Shown: positions 51,291 to 63,082, counted from the whole stretch's first letter. The stretch is 63,522 nucleotides of DNA, filler included, from Parasitella parasitica NRRL 2501 (GCA_025201805.1; 14 parts of 14 records of this genome joined end to end with filler, not necessarily neighbours in it), one strand, 5' to 3'. Notes: generated by a model from the sequence alone, not told the origin. A program made the numbers and translations.

Positions 51291-51750
51291 AGCGAATAAA
51301 GATTTCTGAAAAGAAAACAAAACAGAACCAGAAGAAAGAGATTGTTGAATAATTGACATCGCCTTGCTTGCCAAAATTTGACATTTCAGACCATCATCTT
51401 CAAATAGAACGGAGCCAACCAAAGGAATATCAGCCTTGTTGTCCACATGACGCTTGCTAGGCTGAACAAATCGTTTCTTGCCATGACGAGAGGCCATTAC
51501 AGCCCACGTCTCAGTTGGAATAGTTGTCATGGAGTGTAACTTTTGTGGTGTGTGTAGTTACGCTATCGAAAAATTTGCAAAAAAGTGAAAGAGTTGAATA
51601 GAATGGTTAAAATAAGTGATCTTGAGTTGAAATTGAGATATGTTGTAAAACAAAAACGGATGTATCTAATAAACTATGAATGCAAGATGGGTGTGTCGTA
51701 GTTGTCGAGATATCGTCATTTGAAAATGGCGTAAAGCAGAACCTGTAAAA
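51291..51750 (-). mobile_element. 5' end of an L1-like element (copy of 21716-22200)
   Basis: Near-identical ORF1 start (ATG at 51530) and leader. Confidence 0.75.
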
Positions 51751-51829
51751 ACGTTATAGCCAGCCAGCGAAATCTAAGCATCACCTCTGCCAAGTTATAG
51801 TTAAGTGAGCGGCTTCACCCAAACCTATA

Positions 51830-52396
51830 TCAAAAAATAGATTAAGTGATCCAAAAAGGATTTGTTTTCAAAAACCAACTTTTTAAAATAAGTCTTTTGA
51901 AATGAATAATAAAAAATGTTTACTGAAATAACTAAAAACAAACTTTTGAAAAAAAATTTTTTTATAATAATTGTAAAAAGTTACGTACAAACAAATAATG
52001 CACAATTAAAAAAATTTTTTAACTTTTGTAATAAAATGGAGAACTTTGAAACAAATAAATTGAAAAAATTAAAATAATAAAAAATTATAATGCATGTTTT
52101 GTTTTATTTTATGTTTTAAGTATTATTATTTAAAACATTTTTTGCAAATTGAAAAACTTAAATATATTTTTTGTTGCAAGTGCCAAAACAAACAACAGCA
52201 TTTATAAAACTGTTTTAACAAAATTTTATTATTTTAAATAAAAAATAACATTCACTGCAATTAATTTAATTGTCTTTTACAACGCAGCTAGTCTATTTAA
52301 TAAAAAACAATTTCAATTAGACGTTTCAAAACACAGAAGCCCATAAAGGTTTTGTATAACACGTAACCTTTTACTTTTAAGATAGGTACAGCATAG
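51830..52396. other. Candidate core centromere B (truncated by the contig end)
   Basis: ~500-bp AT-rich tract, then AGGT at 52347 and 52384 (37 bp apart) within the shared 50-bp motif. Confidence 0.65.
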
Positions 52397-52496
52397 NNNN
52401 NNNNNNNNNNNNNNNNNNNNNNNNNNNNNNNNNNNNNNNNTTAATTAATTAANNNNNNNNNNNNNNNNNNNNNNNNNNNNNNNNNNNNNNNNNNNN

Positions 52497-53657
52497 TCCA
52501 TCTCAAGTCATTCTCAGCACCACCAACCCCAAACATCAGTTGATCTGACCAACATTTCAACTGATTTTGGTCTCACAACTACCTTCTCTGCCTCCTCTGA
52601 GAGCCAGCAAATTTCGGCCTTTATGATTGAGGTTCGAAATCGCTTAGCTCTCTTAGAAACTGCACATGCTGAAATTGTGCGGTTAAAAACGGCCTTGGCA
52701 GAGTCGGAGGCTGCTCGCCACGTTCTCGAAGCGCAGCTTGCAGCTTCTAATGTCACCCCTGCTAACCTGGCTCCCCAGCCATCAACATCTCGCTCTTCTC
52801 CTGCTCTTGATTTGACTACACCAACAGCACCACCAACACCTCCCAAAGGTACCGCTGCCACCTCTTTGCCTCCAGTTAATAAACCATCTTTTGCTTTCGT
52901 TGTTGCCTCCACCAAAGGTGAAAAACGAAAGAAAAGATCTGCTGCTTCTCCTCCCTCTCTCCACAAAGCTACTGCCACTGTCAGTCGCCTGTTTGGCCCT
53001 CAAACTGATACTCCCTCGGGATATCAGTTTGTGTATATGAGTATCGCCCGTCGTCGCCCTCTTCAAGAGATCCGGCGCATTTTACAAGGTATCAAGGTTA
53101 ACAATTCCCGTGTTCTCGATATCCAGTACCCTATTCCACATGTTGTCTTTTTTCTCGTACACCATGATTATGTATTTATTTTCACCAGTACAATGCATTT
53201 GAAAGGTCGTGGCTGCTCTCCTCTTGCTGACTTTGATCCTTGCGATCCCAAGAATCTCTTGGATCCAAAGTATGACTCTCTCTCTCCCTCTCTTCGTGCT
53301 GAAAAAGCTGTAGAGATGGAAAATCTCCGTTGTCTCCGTGCGCTCTCGTTTGTTCGTCGCTCTGTTCGCCTCTCTGTTGCTCGTTCCTTTCTGTTTTACG
53401 ACAGAATTACACAAAAGCAATTCGATGCTATTGTAGCAGAGGAATTGTCTTTTCGTGCCGCCGCTGCTCCTCGTCCCCCTGCTCCCTCTGCCAATGCTAT
53501 CCAAGATTGCTTGGCCAAGAAACAGCACCTCCGCTATCTGAGCAATCTGCCCTATTTTGACCCTGCCACTGCTAAAACTTTGGCATACACTGAATCTCCT
53601 GCTCTTTCTCCCTCTGCTGCTATTGACACAGAGATGCCAGAAATCTCTGGTGTCTAA
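52497..53657 (+). CDS. ORF1/gag-like protein of a non-LTR retroelement (frame open from the contig start; first Met 52623)
   Basis: Coiled coil, a P/S/T-rich linker, SFAFVVA, then GYQFVY..RRPL..IRRIL..NSRVLDIQYP..VVFFLVHHDY..FDP.DP..L.DPKY. Intronless with strongly CT-biased codons. The family assignment is from recollection only. Confidence 0.55.
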   Translation, partial: SISSHSQHHQPQTSVDLTNISTDFGLTTTFSASSESQQISAFMIEVRNRLALLETAHAEIVRLKTALAESEAARHVLEAQLAASNVTPANLAPQPSTSRSSPALDLTTPTAPPTPPKGTAATSLPPVNKPSFAFVVASTKGEKRKKRSAASPPSLHKATATVSRLFGPQTDTPSGYQFVYMSIARRRPLQEIRRILQGIKVNNSRVLDIQYPIPHVVFFLVHHDYVFIFTSTMHLKGRGCSPLADFDPCDPKNLLDPKYDSLSPSLRAEKAVEMENLRCLRALSFVRRSVRLSVARSFLFYDRITQKQFDAIVAEELSFRAAAAPRPPAPSANAIQDCLAKKQHLRYLSNLPYFDPATAKTLAYTESPALSPSAAIDTEMPEISGV

Positions 53658-54649
53658 TCGTGTCTGTCAAATGTAGTTTCTTCTGTTGCCCTCCGTTTCC
53701 GCCTGCTGTCTCCCCTTGTACTTTTGTTTTCTTCTGTCTTTTCTCCCGTCACTTGTTCTTTGGTCTCTGCTCTCCTTTCTTTTATTACATTTCTTATGTA
53801 ATAATATTTCTGCCTCTCCTTTTTTTTCTCGTTTTTTTGTGTCTTCCCTGGTTGTGTCTGTTAGTTTTGTTTGTGCTGCTGTATGCCGGTCGAGGTCTCC
53901 TCTATTGCACTGTGATCATACACGACAACTTCTCTATCAGCCTTCCTTCATCTTTTTTCCCGTACTCCTTTTTCCTGATATTACAACTTTTTTCAAATTT
54001 ATTCCGACGATCGACCATGCATTTCCTTTCTTGGTATCATCCCGATGATACCTGAATGGATCTGACATCCTAGTTATAAACTTTTTTATTGTAATAGATT
54101 CTCTTAGTATAGCAACCTATGATCATATCGATTAATGCATTAGATACTATTAATAAAATTCAATCTTAAACTGAGCTAAGCGAGCATCTCTTTCGTTTTT
54201 TCATCACTTTTTGCCAGCCTATCCTGGTAGAAACACTTTCACTTCAACAAAAAACGTATTTTCTCGACAGTCAGNNNNNNNNNNNNNNNNNNNNNNNNNN
54301 NNNNNNNNNNNNNNNNNNTTAATTAATTAANNNNNNNNNNNNNNNNNNNNNNNNNNNNNNNNNNNNNNNNNNNNACATTTGCAAGTTGATGTATACTGGT
54401 TCTCTCTAATCCTCCTTCTCTCATCAATAAGCTTTTAAATCATTTCTTTTGATAATAAATGAAAAATTTGGGTCCTAACATTTTACTTCCTTATTAAATT
54501 AAGCAAATTAGCAGTTACGCAATGCTCTCGCATTTTAGAAAAATAGAAAACCTGCCCTGCCTTGATAAAAGAATAATGTATTTCTTTCATATTTCGATAA
54601 TAAGCTTTTAAAAAACCATAACAAAAATGTACGAGTATGAGAAATCATT

Positions 54650-56552
54650 AGGTCCATACGATGTTGCTTGCTGGGACCTCCCTTCTTCTGACGAAGAATT
54701 GGATGGCGATGGTTGCACGATCAAGAACACTGAGACATTGCGGGACAAGTGCAGCGCAGTCGTAGTCTGTAGCTTTTGGAGAAACTCATCAGAGAAGATG
54801 GTTCGCTGGATCAAACTCTGCAAAAAGTGGATATCCAAGATAAATGACCGGGTCAGGATCATGCGAGTTCCACACCTTCTTGATGTCTAACGCAGTAAGG
54901 CGAGGGAGCCAATAATCATCGTGATCCTTGCCAGACAAAGACATAGCTTGGACCTTGTGGAAGTTGATATGGGCATTAGATGCAGCGATATAAAGCCGCA
55001 AATACAACACCGTACGATCCCGATCCACCGCATCCCAAAGGAAGACCAGCATGTTGTCAGCGTAACATAACAGCTTGATAGTCGGCAAAGTTTCTACCTG
55101 GGGCACAGCATGTTTGTCGTAGAACTCGTAGCCAAAAAAGAGTGGGTCATCCAAGATAGAGCAAAGCACAATGGTTCCAGAGCAAAATTGTACAAGATGC
55201 AAGAGATAAGGTCACCACCCTGCTTCAACCCACGCAGCTTCAAGACTTTACAAGTAGACACTATTCCATTGACATTGGTACGAATGCGATTGTCTTTAAA
55301 TAACGTATACAATGTCCTCACAAACCAGTTGTATGGGGTGCAGATTTGTCAACTGCAAAGGATCACCTTTCTTTGGGATCAAAGTCATTAACGAGAGAAA
55401 CCAAGTTACTGGGAAGCACGCTTCCTTCAAAGCGGCATTATAGACAGTCGTCACCAGCGGAGCAACAGCAGAGTGCTTTAAAAGGAGGCAAAGAGTGCCG
55501 TACGGCAACCCATCTATGCCAAGAGAGCTTGTGCGTCAGGCACGCCCAGAGAGCTCAATAATCTCTTCAATCTCGATTGGAGCCAAAAGTGCAATTTGCT
55601 GCTCAGGTGACAAGCGCCGGTGGGCATCGCGAGCTGTTTCGGAAGAGAGCAGAATAGTTGTAGCGTGTGGATCTGGAGCAGAAGGATAGTACAGTTGGCT
55701 GTATAGAACCGGTGGATTACCTCGACCTGTTCATCATGAAACGTTGTGAGGGTGCCAGTTTCCTCGTTGTGCAAGGAAGGAATCTCGCGCTGTGAAGCAC
55801 GGACATCAGCTAGACGCTTGAAGACTCCTGCAGACTTCTCATTGTCTTCTCTCCAAAATTTACCTGCCTTGAGCACGTCAGTCTCAGCTTGTTCTTCTTG
55901 AAGCTTCGCAAGCAGGGCCTCCAAAGAGGGCAGTAGCAGCGATAGAATCCCAGTATTCTTGTACTCTCTTACGAGTCGTTGGTGAAATCGAGTTGATAGC
56001 GAATACTGAGCAGCTCGTGGTCAGTCCAATCATACAGCATATACGTCTGCTTGACGTTCTTGACAAAGGGATGGGCGCTAGCAAAGCAGAATATGTAATC
56101 GATGGTATTGGGGAAAGTAGGCTATTGGGCGTCCTTGAAACAATCGACAAAGTGCGATCAAAGAAAGAGCAGCCAGCTAGGATACAGTCTCCGGATGGCA
56201 TCATTTGTAATATCGTAATTGAAGTCGCCTAGTATAAATGCAGAGATGTCTAAGGTTGTAACTTGTTCAGTCATGGTGGTATTAGCTTCTTGAAAGACGA
56301 AGAGATTGTTCCCGCTATTACGGAGAGAACGAGTGAAATGAGGAATGATATGGGGTTGATTTTGTTTGGCCAGACTGCGACAAATCAGCGTGGCAATGTT
56401 GATAGTATGGTGTCTATCAACCATTAACAAAATATGGGTGGCGTCAATAGCTGCTGGTTTGTCTCCTCCTAAACTACTAGCATCCAGTTCCACTTCCTTT
56501 CTCATACGGTGGACAATTATAATGTCATCAAGTTCCTGGGCATCCCCTTCAG
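54650..56552 (-). pseudogene. Decayed L1 ORF2 (APE plus RT) with the end of ORF1
   Basis: INIATLICRSL, FQE, ILGDFNY, KAGKFWREDNEKSAG, LIPKKGD, RGLKQG.D.ISCILYNFALEP, CYADN and YLGYP, with multiple frameshifts. Confidence 0.9.
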
Positions 56553-56652
56553 NNNNNNNNNNNNNNNNNNNNNNNNNNNNNNNNNNNNNNNNNNNNTTAA
56601 TTAATTAANNNNNNNNNNNNNNNNNNNNNNNNNNNNNNNNNNNNNNNNNNNN

Positions 56653-57888
56653 ATGTTCATTTTGAAAGTTGTTATTGTTCTTGAAAGCCTTGTATTCTTC
56701 ACCATCAAAAAAATCAGCAATGACGTTGGGCTCTGCATTTTCTCGATTATCGTACTCATGCCTGTATCTGAGCTCTGCACGGGTATCAGGATTTGCAAGC
56801 AATCGAGATATGATATCGCCAATCGACATTATCTTCATTGTTGACAACGACTTTCGAGGACTGTCAACCTCAAATCTCTCGCTATTACAGTACATACAAG
56901 TTGTTTGCCCATCCTCCAAGTTGTACAATTTGCAACCGTTTACACATACATCGTATGAGTGTGCTGCCAAGCTTGTTTGCCGCTTCATCATTTTTTCGAC
57001 TTGAGGGCCATGGAAAATTTTTGGATTTGTCTCTGTTACGTATGATGATGGTAAGTCTTGGATACTTTGACAGAAGATAATTTGCCAAATACACGTACCT
57101 CTCTTTAACTTCTCTGAATCCCTAATCATAGTATTCATAAGTCTCACCAATCGTCTATATGCTTCTCTGGGTATAGCAAAGTCGTTGACCAGATCATAAA
57201 GTTCAATGGAAATCAGCTCGGAAGTCGTATATGTATTTCCCCCGATTTCTTGAAGATTTGTACAATCGTAAACACAAGCGAGGTCCTCAGTGTGCTCCTC
57301 AACAATGCCCATCGTCTTGTACTTGACGTTTAAAAGATTGTCTGGAAGCTCATAAAAGTCAGGTCTAGTATCGGCGTCCTCGTCCTCATCCTCCTCAGAA
57401 AAAGTATCTATTCAAAAAAAAAAGTAAGTACATTTTAATTGAAAGCCTCAACATTGGTTGCTTGAAACTTACTATTTTCTTCAATATTTGTAGGAGGAGG
57501 CAATACATCTACGCTCATTTCCCTGTTAATGCTATGATTAGCTTCCGTCCCAACAGCATCCTGATTAGAGTCTTCTGCTTGTAGATCACCATCATCTGCA
57601 TAATCAGGCATAGCATTGTCTTGGGGATGATCCTCATCAAGCAACACACCAGCTACCTGTTGATTGTCTTGATGGTATATATCAACCATTTCGATATCTT
57701 GGTCTTCCTGTTCAGTTTGCTGCTGTGTGGCAGCATTGACAAGATTATATGGACAACTTCGATAGTGGTTTCTCAAAGCCTGGTAGCCTTCTTGAATACT
57801 TTGACAGTATTGGCAAGCACGAAGGGTTGGAGGTCTTCCCCGACCCCGACGAGGAGCAGCGGGTGAATCAATAAGCTCGTTATTGTTG
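56653..57888 (-). mobile_element. CACTA/CMC-type transposase gene fragment (N-terminal C2H2-like finger, CxxxC/CxxC, tnp2-like region), with introns
   Basis: CQYCQSIQEGYQALRNHYRSC, then YDVCVNGCKLY..CMYCNSERF..MKIMSIGDIISRLLANPDTRAELRYR..IADFFDGEEYK. Both ends are cut by linkers. Confidence 0.75.
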
Positions 57889-57988
57889 NNNNNNNNNNNN
57901 NNNNNNNNNNNNNNNNNNNNNNNNNNNNNNNNTTAATTAATTAANNNNNNNNNNNNNNNNNNNNNNNNNNNNNNNNNNNNNNNNNNNN

Positions 57989-58335
57989 CCCACACCAAGT
58001 GAAACCAACACCAATCAAGACTCACGCCAAGCAATCAATGTTACCCACGACTCTTCCCGACTGAAACCTACACCATTGAGCTCATGCCCCACGAATTATG
58101 TAACCAAACCTTACGCAGGTCCCATGTGTTTATGTAACGGAACTGCATCTAGTTCCCATGTAATTATTAGTAATCGTGTTTCATATCGAAAGATATAAAT
58201 ACGATTCACTTTCATAACTCTTTCCTTTCCTTGTCAATTATCCTAAGTCTATTATCAATATCAAGTCTTTTATAATAAACACACTCACAGAATCAATTAT
58301 CTTGCCAAGCTCACAGTTCCTGACAAATGGCACCA
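57989..58335 (+). repeat. Probable LTR 3' part ending TGACA, followed by a PBS-like TGG
   Basis: TATAAA, AATAAA (58274), then ...gttccTGACA-aa-TGGCACCA. No downstream gag was recognised. Confidence 0.35.
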
Positions 58336-59609
58336 TTAAATTAGCGCAGAATAACATAGTAGTAGATCGGAAAGAGCAAACCAAGGAAGAGCTTAAGATT
58401 AACTATGGTTTCAAGGTTGTCCATTCTCGATTTGAAGTATTTGATTTATTTGATAATGTTTATTGCGTACATTTGGCATGGATTTGCTATGCAAAGTTGG
58501 AATAACATTGGGTAATATAGCTTCAGATTGGTCTGATCGCATTGGATATGAAATTCCAAATATCGAGCCTAATCCTTATAAACCAAATGATGATCCTTAT
58601 GGATCTGATGAAGAACGTGCAACAATGATGGCAGATTTGGATCTCTTTTTTATTTTTTCTCTCAAATATCAGTTATCTTACAAATATTAGATACTATCAA
58701 CCGTCATCAACACACAAATGGGGCTCTTTTTATGAAGGTACAGCAAGTCTGATTAGTATTCCATGCGTGTTAATATGTAAAGTGCTAAATTTTACTCACT
58801 GTGGTATTTCCATCGTAGATTTCTCCTACCTTGCATAGTTTTAATAATGGTAAGCTGTTATTCTTTTTATCGTATAATGCATATAGCTAATTACCATTGT
58901 GTATAGGTATAATACTGCTGCTCTTCGTTTGTAATTTTTTCATTTTGTTGTCTTAATATTTCTGTATAAAACAGTTTACAGGCCTTTATTGCTATAATAT
59001 CGTCTTATAAAGTGTCTTATCATATACATATAGCAGATATATTACTATCTAAAAAATATAGCACCTTGTCATATGCGGACAACATCATATATGTATATAG
59101 CTGCCATAAACATTTGTCATAATAATAATATCTTTCGTGTCAGTTCCTCAATACTCCAATAACTTTTTCAGACAAAAATATATGCCTATTTTCAAATAAA
59201 ACTGATTTTTTCTATCTATAATAACAAAAAAAAAAAAAACGTAACCCAACGTGATATATAATTGCTGCTGAAAGTTTTTTGGATAATTTTGATTAAGTGT
59301 TTATTATCGTGATTTCATAGAAAAACATACCAGTACTATAATAAATTTTGTGATTAGGGTTATTTGGTTTTACCTAGTGATTATTTTATAACTAGAATCA
59401 CTTTTTTTTTTTTCCAGTGATTGATTCATCAATGCTGCTAATTGCTAATCGCAAGCGATTATCGTATTTATCACTGATCAAAAAGTTAGTCTTTGTGATA
59501 AAAGCATCACTAGTGATAAAATGCTTTATCACCAGTCATCCAGTTATACACCTAATCACTAGTCATTAGAACTGATGATAAATGTGAAAAAAAATAGCAC
59601 TGAAGTTAG

Positions 59610-60010
59610 CCATGGTGAGAGCGCTGCAGAAATTTGGATTCCCTCCAACTTTCCTTCGGTGCATTCACATCTCTTCTTTAATAATCAGATGTTTGTGAGC
59701 ATTAATAGATAACTACCTGAAGCAGTGTCTCAGCGACGAGGCTTGGGACAAGAGAATTTTATCTCGCCTCTATTCTTCAGCTTCGTCACTGAGCCCTTCT
59801 TACAATCCATTATTGTTAACAAGCAAATAAGTCGGTATTCGATACAACAAAACGCTATATAACCTATGCTATCTTTCTTACCAGCGCGAAGTTAATCTTA
59901 CGTTTATGCAGATAATGTTCTCATCTACTTCATTTCTGTTCGCGAGCTCGACGCTCTGAGGTTTCCTCAGGGTCTACAACCAAGCTCCTAAATTGCGCAT
60001 AACAAAACCC
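59610..60010 (+). pseudogene. Decayed L1 RT fragment
   Basis: LQKFGFPPTFLRCI..INR*L.E.V.Q.RGLGQE..ISPL.F.FVTEPFLQSI..YADNVLI. Confidence 0.75.
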
Positions 60011-60495
60011 TTGCAACTAATTAATATCTAGTTGAGTCTCCAGTGATAAAACTGGAAAAATAAGGACTAATACAAGCCTATAAAAGCAACCATAATTTAA
60101 GCACGTCTTAACCTATATACTCAACCCGTAGATGTACAAAAAAAAATGTTTGGAAAGTCTACTACTTGGATACTTGGATATGGTTGTACATTTAAAATGT
60201 ATTACTTATTATAGGATCATTAGCTAAAAATAAGCAAAAATTATCTCCAAAACAAAGATAAAAGTCTACGATTAGGGAACAGAGTAAGAGGCACATTGAT
60301 ACTACTATTATTATAATAAATTGTTAGTTTGGTCCCAAAATTTGTACCTAAAAATCACATCGTTGGTTGTCATAACGCTGAAAAATGAAAAACCANNNNN
60401 NNNNNNNNNNNNNNNNNNNNNNNNNNNNNNNNNNNNNNNTTAATTAATTAANNNNNNNNNNNNNNNNNNNNNNNNNNNNNNNNNNNNNNNNNNNN

Positions 60496-60692
60496 GATGC
60501 GGGATGGATGTATGCTGGTTGTCGAGATATCGTGCTTCAAAGTTGAACTTTTTTGAAAAAATTGATGGATACGCGAAAGAGCCTCTATCTTTAAAGAAAT
60601 AGAACTTTTACTTGTAAAAAAGTGATGTATACGCGAAAGAGCCTTACGCGTAAAAAAAATGGCGTAAAACAGAACTTGTAAAAAAGTGATGT
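60496..60692 (-). mobile_element. Stacked LINE 5'-leader stubs
   Basis: TACGCGAAAGAGC at 60570-60582 and 60630-60642. CTTGTAAAAAAGTGATGT at 60611-60628 and 60675-60692. These match 22170-22223 and the reverse complement of 23102-23190. Confidence 0.7.
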
Positions 60693-61360
60693 TTTTTTGT
60701 ATTAAAGCTACATAGGTAATAGTTTAGCAATTAATGTTAAACATTTAAAACATATTTTTATAATTTGTTATTAAATTTTAATTTAGGTAAAAAAAAAATT
60801 TATAATTGACTTTAATGCTATAGTTGTTGTTTTTTTAGCTTAATTAAATAAATTTAAAATAATATAATAAAAAACTAAGAATATATTAATAATTTAAAAA
60901 ATAAAAAGTAACCAAAAACAATAATCTTGTTTAAAGTTTTAAAATTATGTTCTTTTCAAAAAATTAGTTTAAAAGGTAAATTATTAACAACGCTTTATTT
61001 TATGATAAATATTGTAATTGTTAAATTTTTAAATATTGTAAAAATAACACCTAAAAAAGTTTAAAAATAAAAAATTAATATGTTGCGCCAAAAAGCTTCT
61101 GTTATTTTTAAAATTTGTAAACCAAATTACTGTTTTACTTTATAACAAATATTAGTGATGGTCTAAAAATATCAATTGTACACAAATTGACATAGGTAGT
61201 GTGTAGTACTAAATCTATTTCAACCAACATAGATATCGCATAGATGTTGTGGATTTGAGCTTCATTCAGGTAATGTATTAAGATATTTACTTTTTGAATT
61301 CGCATAGGTATTGCTAATGTTTTGCAAGATTTATCGTACTAAATAACATAGGTCGCATAT
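60693..61360. other. Candidate core centromere C: AT-rich tract plus phased CATAGGT array
   Basis: ~500 bp at ~85-95% AT, then AG(G/A)T sites at 61194, 61231, 61268, 61306 and 61350. Confidence 0.72.
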
Positions 61361-61423
61361 ACGTATCACGGATTTCTTTTCAAAAGTTACACTCCATCTG
61401 GTTATGGTAAAAAAAAAATATTA

Positions 61424-61545
61424 ATGGTTCGCTTGGTGCTCCTGTTCCTCAATTGGCAGGGCTACGACAGACTAATCCTCTGTCATCTTTGCTGTTTAAT
61501 TTGGAGTTTGAGCCACTTCTTCGTTCTCTGCTTGCTTGTCCTTTT
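61424..61545 (+). pseudogene. Short L1 RT fragment
   Basis: NGSLGAPVPQLAGLRQTNPLSSLLFNLEFEPLLRSL corresponds to the RT GLRQGDPLSPLLFNLA.EPL motif. Confidence 0.75.
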
Positions 61546-61686
61546 TTTTTTCTGTGTATTAAGGTTTTTTTTTTTTTTTTTTTTTTNNNNNNNNNNNNNN
61601 NNNNNNNNNNNNNNNNNNNNNNNNNNNNNNTTAATTAATTAANNNNNNNNNNNNNNNNNNNNNNNNNNNNNNNNNNNNNNNNNNNN

Positions 61687-61860
61687 AGGGCAAGTAATCG
61701 CTCCATTCTCTCGCATTGGACTTGCACATCTTCCGCAATGTATTCATTGTAATTTTCACACTTGCTTCAGCAATACCGTTCTCTCTTGGTGCATACGGTG
61801 TCGAATAATTTCGTTGAATCCCTAAATTTTCAGAGATTGATGTTATGTCAAAAGTCTGAT
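61687..61860 (-). pseudogene. Ty3/gypsy integrase core fragment
   Basis: ISENLGIQRNYSTPYAPRENGIAEASVK..LRK....WSDYLP. Confidence 0.8.
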
Positions 61861-62455
61861 AAAATAAATCTGCCAAAGAATTACACCTTTATTCATAATA
61901 CATCTCTCGATGTATTATATACACATTCATTACACTAGGGTTCTACTGTCTAGCTGCATAATGTAAATCATGACTACCCATGATTTACTGTAGGACCCTG
62001 GGACTGATCTGAGATCCTGATGTGAGACTTTGCCATGTTATTGATATAACAATGGCAGCTCGTCATTCAATGAGTTTTTCCCAACATTCTAGATAAGGAT
62101 ATCTTTAACAGAATAACTAAAGTATGACGATAGTCATCCTAACAAGGCCAACCAATGTTACGGAAATCTCCATCAATGGTGAAAGCATTCAGCATAATTT
62201 GCTTCTCCTTAAAACCTAAAATTAAACAACGACAAATTAACGCATTGATTCTAGGATCAAAGCTTCATTCTTGAGAATTGATATACAACAATTCAAATCC
62301 TATAAATACTAAGATGTTTTTCTCTAGATAAAACCTCAGTATACTTTTATAATAATAAAGAACCCCAAACTTGATTATAATTGTAATTTCACATCGTTTT
62401 TATTTTTACTTTTTTTTATTTCGTAAATCTTTCAAATTTACTGCACTATGCCAAG

Positions 62456-62729
62456 TGATTTATTAGAATGAGAAATTATTCAAATAAAATGGTTGTGAAT
62501 TATTAATCAAGTAAAGCTCTCGTTTATTACATGGAAAAACGATGGTTTATATTCTTAGTGAATCTGATGGGAGGATAAGATATGAGAGTGGAATGATAGA
62601 TTGTATCTATTGTTGTCTATGAATATGTCTTGTTGAGTCATGAATAAGGAGCATGATCCATTAGAATATGTTCGTTCAGGATTGAGAGTTTACTTGCGTT
62701 TGACTTCCGGTTGGGAAATTGATACATCA
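62456..62729 (-). repeat. Solo-LTR-like copy of 35523-35830
   Basis: Reverse-complement collinear similarity with TG..CA ends. Confidence 0.7.
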
Positions 62730-63082
62730 CTCAGATAGCGATGATATATACTATATGTGCTAGATTTGTGTGATTTTATGTTCTGATAAGTGTATATAAA
62801 GTATAAAGTAAGAGATAAAAGATGCTGTTTATTCTTTTTTATGTCAATTGATATGTATATTTTGTCGTACACTAGTTTTGACACTCAATTTCAAAACAAT
62901 ATAAATAGTAGATCATATGTCAAATTGAATAAACCTCATCTTTTTACTGATACATATATTTGCCTTATTGAATTTACAATTATCACAACCAAAACATATT
63001 ATATCTGCAGGCAACAACACTACAAAAATCATAAAAGAGTTGAGCAAACGTGCTGCATACATTTTATTTCGACAACAAAAAT

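Noticed and set aside
53660-54055. Hydrophobic Cys/Phe/Leu-rich ORFs as membrane proteins
   Set aside because: They are a by-product of pyrimidine-rich low-complexity DNA, which is open in two frames.
21616-61686. Regularly recurring TTAATTAATTAA palindrome as a biological repeat or array
   Set aside because: It is always centred in exactly 44+44 Ns and gives stops in all six frames, so it is an assembly linker. It also means gene/TE adjacency across linkers cannot be interpreted.
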